This document shows positions 58,244 through 64,000 of a stretch of 64,000 bases of DNA, one piece after another. The translations under genes were made by a program, and so were the position numbers. Every line of letters begins with the position of its first letter. Position 1 is the first letter of the stretch. The notes below the pieces were generated by a model that saw nothing but the letters and a program-made list of their open reading frames with translations, had not been told where the DNA came from and searched no databases. Source of the stretch: Myxococcota bacterium (GTDB taxonomy: Bacteria; Myxococcota_A; UBA9160; UBA6930); NCBI GenBank assembly GCA_965223705.1, contig OZ245015.1, positions 1,696,001-1,760,000 of the forward strand, read 5' to 3'.

Positions 58244-58783
58244 ATGCCGAAGCTCGCGGATTCTGAGCGCGACGCGTTTCTCGCGGAGCCCGGAACCATC
58301 ATGAACATCGCGACCGTCGACGCCGACGGTGCGCCGCTCGTTACCCCCATCTGGTACATCCACGAGGAAGGCCGCATCTGGTTCACGCCGCGGCAGCATT
58401 CCGAGTGGTTGAAACACATTCGGAATGACGCGCGGGTCGCGCTGTCGATCGACGAAACGGCGATTCCGTACCGGAAGGTGGTCGTGCGCGGTCGGGCGAC
58501 GGTCGACCACGAAGTCGGCAACGACGACGCTTGGCGCGACCGCTATCGCCGTATCGCCGAGCGCTATATCCCGAAAGACGACGCCAACGCCTACGTCGAC
58601 GGCACCGACGATCAACCGCGCGCCCTGTGCTCGGTCACGTTGTCGGACGCGGAAGTGCGAACTTGGCGAATGCCCGTCGACGACGAGCCCTACAACGGCA
58701 TCTGGGCCAAGCGCTACTGGACGGACAACGCGAAAGTGAATCAGCAAGCGCCGACGCTCTTCGACGAGAGCGTCAAGAAATAG
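58244..58783 (+). CDS. Pyridoxamine 5'-phosphate oxidase-like split-barrel protein
   Basis: IATVDADGAPLVTPIWY, DARVALSID; AAGGAGG SD. Confidence 0.85.
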   Translation: MPKLADSERDAFLAEPGTIMNIATVDADGAPLVTPIWYIHEEGRIWFTPRQHSEWLKHIRNDARVALSIDETAIPYRKVVVRGRATVDHEVGNDDAWRDRYRRIAERYIPKDDANAYVDGTDDQPRALCSVTLSDAEVRTWRMPVDDEPYNGIWAKRYWTDNAKVNQQAPTLFDESVKK

Positions 58784-59677
58784 GTGTCGACGACGTACAC
58801 CCTGATCCACTTCACCGAGGGTTTCGACGCCGCAGGCGTTGTCGGCTTCGCGCAACGCGTCGAGTCGTTGGGTTACGAAGGGCTGTGGATTCCGGAGCTT
58901 TCGGGGCGCGAGCCGATGGGCCTCGCGGGTTACTTGTTGGCGCGCACCACAGGCCTCAAGATCGGGATCGGAATCGCGAACGTGTACGTGCGCGATTTCG
59001 TCGCGGCGGCGCAAGCGCGGCAAACGCTCGCCGAGTTGTCCGGCGGCCGGTTTTGGCTCGGGCTCGGCGTATCCCACCCCTTGTTGGTCGAACCCCGGGG
59101 CCACACGTTCCGCCCGCCGACGAAGGCACTCGGCGATTACTTGCGCGGGATCCACGCGACGAAACCCGATGGGCCCGCTCCGAGTGAGCCGGCGCCGATC
59201 ATCTGCGCGGCGCACGGCCCCAGGCTCCTGGAAATCGCCCGCGACCTCGCCGACGGTGCCCTGTGCCTGAATCAACCGGCGGAGCACACGGCGCGGGCTC
59301 GGGAGATCCTCGGACCGGGGAAGCGCCTGGCCGTCGTCGTGCGGACCTGCATGGTCTCGGACGCGAGCCACGCCCGCGCCCTGGCGCGCCACGCGCTCAA
59401 TTTCTACGTCACGCTCCCCGCGTATCACCGAACCTGGAAGCAGGCCGGCTTCTCGGAGGCGGATTTCAGCGACGGGGGTAGCGATCGGCTCGTGGACGCG
59501 ATCTTCGCCTGGGGTGATGAATCCGCGATTCGGAAGCGAATTCAGGCCCATATCGACGCAGGGGCTGACGAGATCTGTCTCTACCCCGTGAATCCCCACG
59601 AGGAGCTGTCACCGGGCCAGGTGGGGGGATTAGAGCCCGACTGGGGGGTCTTGGAGGCCCTCTCACCAAAAAGCTAG
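58784..59677 (+). CDS. LLM-class, probably F420-dependent, oxidoreductase
   Basis: LWIPE..GREP, GIANVYVRD, GRFWLGLGVSH, AAHGPR. Confidence 0.88.
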   Translation: MSTTYTLIHFTEGFDAAGVVGFAQRVESLGYEGLWIPELSGREPMGLAGYLLARTTGLKIGIGIANVYVRDFVAAAQARQTLAELSGGRFWLGLGVSHPLLVEPRGHTFRPPTKALGDYLRGIHATKPDGPAPSEPAPIICAAHGPRLLEIARDLADGALCLNQPAEHTARAREILGPGKRLAVVVRTCMVSDASHARALARHALNFYVTLPAYHRTWKQAGFSEADFSDGGSDRLVDAIFAWGDESAIRKRIQAHIDAGADEICLYPVNPHEELSPGQVGGLEPDWGVLEALSPKS

Positions 59678-59728
59678 GCCGTGATCTGAAGTCCGCTCCG
59701 TTCCGACTCTCTCGTAGAAAGCGAGGGA

Positions 59729-59911
59729 GTGATGATCGGACAACCCGCACGAAGCCAGGAAACCCGCAGCACGCTTCTCGAACTCGTCGGCCGTTTGTTG
59801 GATCAGGGGGCCAGCGAAGAGGACGTCGTCGCACGGGCTCGCGAACTCATTCTGAGCGGGCAGCACGTGCTCACGGGGAATTTCCGCGGCGCGGTCGAGA
59901 GCTTTCGCTAG
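59729..59911 (+). CDS. Small hypothetical protein (60 aa)
   Basis: GAGGGAG SD; helical TLLELV..EDVVA..LTGNFRG; fills a gap between genes. Confidence 0.6.
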   Translation: MMIGQPARSQETRSTLLELVGRLLDQGASEEDVVARARELILSGQHVLTGNFRGAVESFR

Positions 59912-60411
59912 AAGTCGCCCCGCTTGATCGCATCGAACAACTTGCGCACGTCGTCGTTGCACTCGATGAGTTCCATGATCGCGCCGCACGCTGCTTCCGT
60001 GTCGTAGTACGCAAAGCGCGTGCTCGCTCCGAACGTGCCGGACTGGGCCACCTCGTAGCCGTTCGCGGCGTACGTCGCGGCCGCGCCATCGAAATCGTCG
60101 ACCAGAAAACCCAGATGATGGAGACCGGGCCCGCGGGCTTCGAGAAATTCCTGGTAGAGCGACGACCCGCTCAAGGGTTGTATGACTTCGAACTGTGTAT
60201 CGCCGGCGTAGGCCAGAGATAGATCGATCCGAAAATCCGCGGGTTGGCCCCGATAGGTCAAATCGTCGAAGCGGATGTCTTCGAATACGCGGAAACGGCC
60301 GGTGCCCATGTGATCGTGCAAGAAGCGCTGGGTGGATTCGAGATCATTCGTCACGAAGCAGATCTGATGGATTGTTTCGCCGATTCCAGCGATCGGGGTG
60401 GGGGTGGGCAT
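59908..60411 (-). CDS. VOC family protein (methylmalonyl-CoA epimerase-like)
   Basis: HQICFVT, QFEVIQP, GLHHLGF, FAYYDT, ELIE. Confidence 0.85.
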   Translation of the reverse strand: MPTPTPIAGIGETIHQICFVTNDLESTQRFLHDHMGTGRFRVFEDIRFDDLTYRGQPADFRIDLSLAYAGDTQFEVIQPLSGSSLYQEFLEARGPGLHHLGFLVDDFDGAAATYAANGYEVAQSGTFGASTRFAYYDTEAACGAIMELIECNDDVRKLFDAIKRGDF

Positions 60412-60415
60412 TGTC

Positions 60416-61180
60416 TCAGCGTCCTTTCCATTCGGGTTCGCGTTTCTCGGCGAAGGCACGGGCACCTTCGCGGGCGTCCTCCGTGTCTTGTAGCTCGAGG
60501 TAGAGCTTGCGCTCGAGACGAAGCGCGTCGGGCAACGGTCGATCCAGGCCTTCGGTCACCGCCCGCTTGATCGACTGGACCGCCAGGGGAGCGCTCTTCT
60601 CGATCTCACCCGCAATGGCCAGCGCCCGCTCGAGGTGTCCGTTCTTCGGTACGAGGTGGTCGATGAGACCCAATCGAAGCGCTTCTTCCGCACCGATACG
60701 AGAGCCCGTGATCAGCATTTCGAGCGCGCGACCGCGCGGGATGAGTCGCGGTAGGCGTTGGGTGCCCCCCGCGCCCGGAAGCCAACCGAGTCGGACTTCT
60801 CCGAGACCGAACTGCGAGTGCTCCGCCGCGACGCGGATGTCGCATGCCAGGGCTTGCTCGAGGCCGCCGCCGTTCGCGTGTCCGTTGATCGCGGCGATCA
60901 GGGGCTTTTCGAGCTCGTGCATGAGGGGGAACAATTCGCTCTGCGGTTCGGGCTCGTCCTCCCGTTGCACGTAGTTGGACTTGATGTCACTTCCGGCGCT
61001 GAACGCGCGGTCCCCGATCCCGGTGAGGATGCCGACGCGCAACGTCGGATCGTCGCGAAACTCCCGCCAGATGGCTGTCAGCCGTTCGTACGTCTCGAAA
61101 TCGCAAGCATTGAGCCGTTCCGGCCGGTTGATGGTGACGATGGCGATGCCGCCGCGACGCTCGAAAAGGACCTTGTCCAT
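60416..61180 (-). CDS. Enoyl-CoA hydratase/isomerase family
   Basis: INRPERLNA, AFSAGSD, GGGLE, GEVRLG..GGTQRLPR. Confidence 0.92.
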   Translation of the reverse strand: MDKVLFERRGGIAIVTINRPERLNACDFETYERLTAIWREFRDDPTLRVGILTGIGDRAFSAGSDIKSNYVQREDEPEPQSELFPLMHELEKPLIAAINGHANGGGLEQALACDIRVAAEHSQFGLGEVRLGWLPGAGGTQRLPRLIPRGRALEMLITGSRIGAEEALRLGLIDHLVPKNGHLERALAIAGEIEKSAPLAVQSIKRAVTEGLDRPLPDALRLERKLYLELQDTEDAREGARAFAEKREPEWKGR

Positions 61181-61266
61181 GATGCGATGCTACCAGAACG
61201 CGGCTCGGTCAATTTGAAGCGGGGAAGTGGGGTTGAGTTTCGAGGCGAGCGTGCGACGCTCGGCGC

Positions 61267-62328
61267 GTGGCCCAGCCGAGTGCACTCTCTTCCAAGCGGC
61301 ACACCGTGGCCGGTTGGCACGAAGTCCAGGAGCTCTTCCATGCCGAGGGCCTGAGTGACGGCCTGCCCGTCGTGCCCCCGACGCCGGACGCCGTTGCCGC
61401 TTGCCTCGAAGCGGTTCTCCTCCCGCCCGATCATTTGGTGGGCATCGAGCCGGTTCGCGCTCGCCCGGTGACGGCGGAGAAGCTCGCGATAAACGCCGTC
61501 ATGGCCGGCTGTTTGCCGGCGCACTTCGCGGTCGTGGTCGCCGCGATGACCGCCATGCTGCATGAGGGGTTCCTGTTGCACGGCGCGACGGCGAGCACCG
61601 GCGGGTGTGCGGTGCTCATCGTCGTGAACGGCCCCATCCGCCTCGAGCTCGGAATGGACGGCACGTTCAACGCGCTGGGCCCGACCGATCGCGCCAGCAT
61701 GTGCATCGGGCGCGCGATCCGCCTCGCGCTCTACAACGTTCTCGACGTACGCCCGGGCCAAATCGATCGCTCGACCCTCGGTCACCCGGGAAAGATCAGC
61801 TACTGCCTGGCAGAAGATGAGGACAACTCTCCTTGGCCGTCGCTTGCAGTCGATCGCGACATTCCGAACGACGTCTCGGCGGTGACGGTCATGGCCGCTG
61901 GCGCGCCGCGTCAGATCATGAACGAGTGGACGACCCGACCCGAGGAGATCCTCGATACGTACGTCTCCGAGATCCAGGCGAACATGCGGCATTATTCGAT
62001 CTGGTCGGGGAACTACGCATTGATCATGCCGCCCCAGCTACGGGCACACGTCTCCGCCGTGGGCTGGTCGAAAGCCGACGTGCGCCGCTACGTCTTCGAG
62101 AACGCACGCGTGTTTCGCCGAGAGTGGGCGGAGTGCGGGAAAGCAGCGGTCGTCGGCGATCGTGGAGATCGCGAGCACGCCGCACTATCCGAGGAGGGCG
62201 ACTTGCTGGTGATCGCCGCCGGCGGGCCGGCGGGGGGCTTCGGGGCGGTGATTCCTCCTTGGCTCGGAACGACCAGCCGGGCGCAAACGGTGGCGATCGG
62301 GGCGTGCGTCGATTGCGAGGTTCCGTGA
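61267..62328 (+). CDS. UGSC-associated conserved protein with C-terminal CxxC
   Basis: DGLPVVPPT, INAVMAGC, VVNGP, IGRAIRL, TLGHPGK; ends GACVDC; GTGA overlap with next gene. Confidence 0.8.
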   Translation: MAQPSALSSKRHTVAGWHEVQELFHAEGLSDGLPVVPPTPDAVAACLEAVLLPPDHLVGIEPVRARPVTAEKLAINAVMAGCLPAHFAVVVAAMTAMLHEGFLLHGATASTGGCAVLIVVNGPIRLELGMDGTFNALGPTDRASMCIGRAIRLALYNVLDVRPGQIDRSTLGHPGKISYCLAEDEDNSPWPSLAVDRDIPNDVSAVTVMAAGAPRQIMNEWTTRPEEILDTYVSEIQANMRHYSIWSGNYALIMPPQLRAHVSAVGWSKADVRRYVFENARVFRREWAECGKAAVVGDRGDREHAALSEEGDLLVIAAGGPAGGFGAVIPPWLGTTSRAQTVAIGACVDCEVP

Positions 62329-62852
62329 CCATCGAAGTGCTGGATCCCACCTACGAGCACGGCGGCGCGCGCTTCGCCCTGGCGCCGCGCCTCCCGACGC
62401 TGGCCGGCACGACGATCGCGTTCGTTTCGAACGGCAAAAAGAACACGCAACCGTTCTTCGACGCACTCGAGCGCGAGCTGCGCGATCGCTACGGCGTCTC
62501 CCGCGTCGTTCGACGCACGAAGGCGAACTACAGCGCGCCCGCGGAGGCTGAAGTGCTAACTGACGCCGGCCAGTGGCACGCGCTGATCGCGGGCGTGGGC
62601 GATTGAGGCAGCTGCTCGTCGTGCAGTCTGCACGACGCGGTCACAGGGGAAGGCTTGGGCCTCCCCTCCGTGGGCATCATGACCGAATCGTTCGTCAGCG
62701 CTGCACAACTCATGGCGCGAGCGCTCGGCGCACCGGACTACCGATTCGCGGTGATCGATCATCCGCTGAGTAGTGCGGGCGCCGCCGAGATCGCCGAGCG
62801 CGCCGCGCACGCGGCGGCCGTTGGCGACGCCATATTGCGGGGCCTGCGTTAG
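62325..62852 (+). CDS. UGSC-family selenoprotein (Sec at codon 94, TGA 62604-62606)
   Basis: Two same-frame ORF-track pieces are joined by a single TGA: VGD-U-GSCSSCSLHD..GLPSVGIMTESF..HPLSS; a hairpin follows the TGA. Confidence 0.85.
62617..62637 (+). promoter_or_regulatory. Bacterial SECIS-like hairpin
   Basis: CGTCGTGCA-GTC-TGCACGACG; 9-bp stem starts 10 nt after the UGA and the loop begins with G. Confidence 0.7.
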
Positions 62853-62887
62853 GGTTCCGGCTTGCAATTCAAACGGAGGCGGCCACC

Positions 62888-63496
62888 ATGCTCACCCTTC
62901 ACCACGCGCCGAACAGTCGAGCGGGGCGAATCGTTTGGCTTCTAGAAGAACTCGGCTTGCCCTACGAGCTGAACCGGATGGAGTTCCACCCGAGCGCGCT
63001 CAAGTCCGATGAGCACCGCGCGCGGCACCCACTCGGGCGCGTGCCCGTGCTGGAAGACGGGGACGTCACGATCTACGAGTCGGGTGCGATCGTCGAGTAC
63101 TTGGTGGCGCGGCACAGTGACGGTGCGCTCAAGCCCCCGGTTGACTCGCCGCTCTATCCCGAGTTTCTGCAGTGGTTCCACTACTGCGAGGGGATGGTGA
63201 TGCCCCCGATCAACACGATCGTCGTGCAGACCATTCTGCTCCCTCCCGAACGACGCAACGCGGAAGCTTTGGGGCAAGCCCAGCGGTTGCTCAGCAAGGC
63301 CATCGCGCCCGTCGACCACGCGCTCGAGGGGCGGGACTACGTGATCGGCGATTTCTCGGCCGCCGACATCATGTTGGGCCACGCGTGTTTCATGGCGAAC
63401 CGGTTGGGTTGTGTCGGAGACGAGATGAAAAACCTGAAGAGCTACATCGCTCGCCTCGAGAGCCGCCCCGCGTTCCAAAAAGGCATTGCTGCCTAG
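62888..63496 (+). CDS. Glutathione S-transferase family protein
   Basis: SRAGRIVWLLEELG, PLGRVPVL, ESGAI, FSAADI; GGAGG SD. Confidence 0.92.
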   Translation: MLTLHHAPNSRAGRIVWLLEELGLPYELNRMEFHPSALKSDEHRARHPLGRVPVLEDGDVTIYESGAIVEYLVARHSDGALKPPVDSPLYPEFLQWFHYCEGMVMPPINTIVVQTILLPPERRNAEALGQAQRLLSKAIAPVDHALEGRDYVIGDFSAADIMLGHACFMANRLGCVGDEMKNLKSYIARLESRPAFQKGIAA

Positions 63497-63500
63497 CGCA

Positions 63501-64000
63501 CTAGACCGCGTCGATGATCTCACCGAATTGCTCGATCACCTCGAGGCACTCCGCCTTTGAGGGGTAGTACCCTTCGGGAGCGCGGGGCGTTCGAATGTGC
63601 AGACAGATCCAATCGGGGTTCGCCGCTTCTCGGTAGCGTCCGAGGCGATCGATCCACTGCTCGCGCTGCCCCAAGCAGAGAAATGAGCTCTCCATCGAGC
63701 TTAGGAGCTCGTTGTCGAGCGCGGAGAGTTCCGTCACGTCACTCGCGAGACCGCGGGAACCGTAAAAGTTCACCTCGTTGATCCAACGGTAGGCGTGTCT
63801 TTCCCGCAGCTCGTCGGGCTCGCCGATCCATCCTTCGAGCGCCATCGCGACGGTCCAGTTCTTGCGGCCTCGCCGGTCCGCTTTCTCTCGCATTTCCGAC
63901 ACCAACGGCGCGTATTCCTCGGGCTTCGGCGTGAACCACGTCACCCAACCGTCCCAATCGAGCGCGCGCTCCAGAGGTTTGGGATCGAAGGCACCGATCC
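63501..64000 (-). CDS. LLM-class oxidoreductase, C-terminal part (runs off right edge)
   Basis: Frame open to the window edge: IGAFDPKPLERA..DGW, resembling LLM C-terminal halves. Confidence 0.6.
   Translation of the reverse strand, partial: IGAFDPKPLERALDWDGWVTWFTPKPEEYAPLVSEMREKADRRGRKNWTVAMALEGWIGEPDELRERHAYRWINEVNFYGSRGLASDVTELSALDNELLSSMESSFLCLGQREQWIDRLGRYREAANPDWICLHIRTPRAPEGYYPSKAECLEVIEQFGEIIDAV

Noticed and set aside
62604..62606. Pseudogene or two-gene reading of the UGSC locus
   Set aside because: The stop is TGA, sits at a Cys-like position of a UxxC motif and is followed by a SECIS-like hairpin, so recoding is more parsimonious.
1..64000. CRISPR arrays, tRNA/rRNA, IS elements, prophage
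   Set aside because: No regularly spaced repeats, cloverleaf signatures, transposase, integrase or phage motifs seen by eye; intergenic gaps are all under about 300 bp.

Overview
GC-rich, gene-dense bacterial chromosomal window with about 68 CDS. I saw no rRNA, tRNA, CRISPR array, integrase or transposase. Content is dominated by catabolic oxidoreductases and hydrolases: 4 Baeyer-Villiger monooxygenases (one partial), 7 luciferase-like monooxygenases (one partial), 3 PPOX/split-barrel proteins, 3 crotonases, 3 VOC proteins, 2 YtcJ-like amidohydrolases and an IorAB-like molybdoenzyme. This style suggests an uncultured Binatia/Myxococcota-like organism (inference only). Main points: (1) a selenoprotein missed by the ORF track (62325-62852; in-frame TGA in D-U-G-S-C-S-S-C with a SECIS-like hairpin), translationally coupled to a CxxC-tailed partner; (2) a PspA-YqiJ-flotillin operon led by an unannotated RHH-like gene, with a 22-bp palindrome over its promoter; (3) BVMOs naturally carrying substitutions used to engineer NADH preference; (4) an SGNH hydrolase plus papain-protease/pseudo-hydrolase cassette next to four lipoproteins, two of which start divergently on one shared CATG; (5) an orphan oxidase subunit III/IV cassette with a probable CTG start; (6) a sigma54/NtrC-type promoter on a type II glutamine synthetase; (7) repeated signatures of leaderless genes. 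Start codons were refined by eye and family calls come from motif recognition, not database searches.
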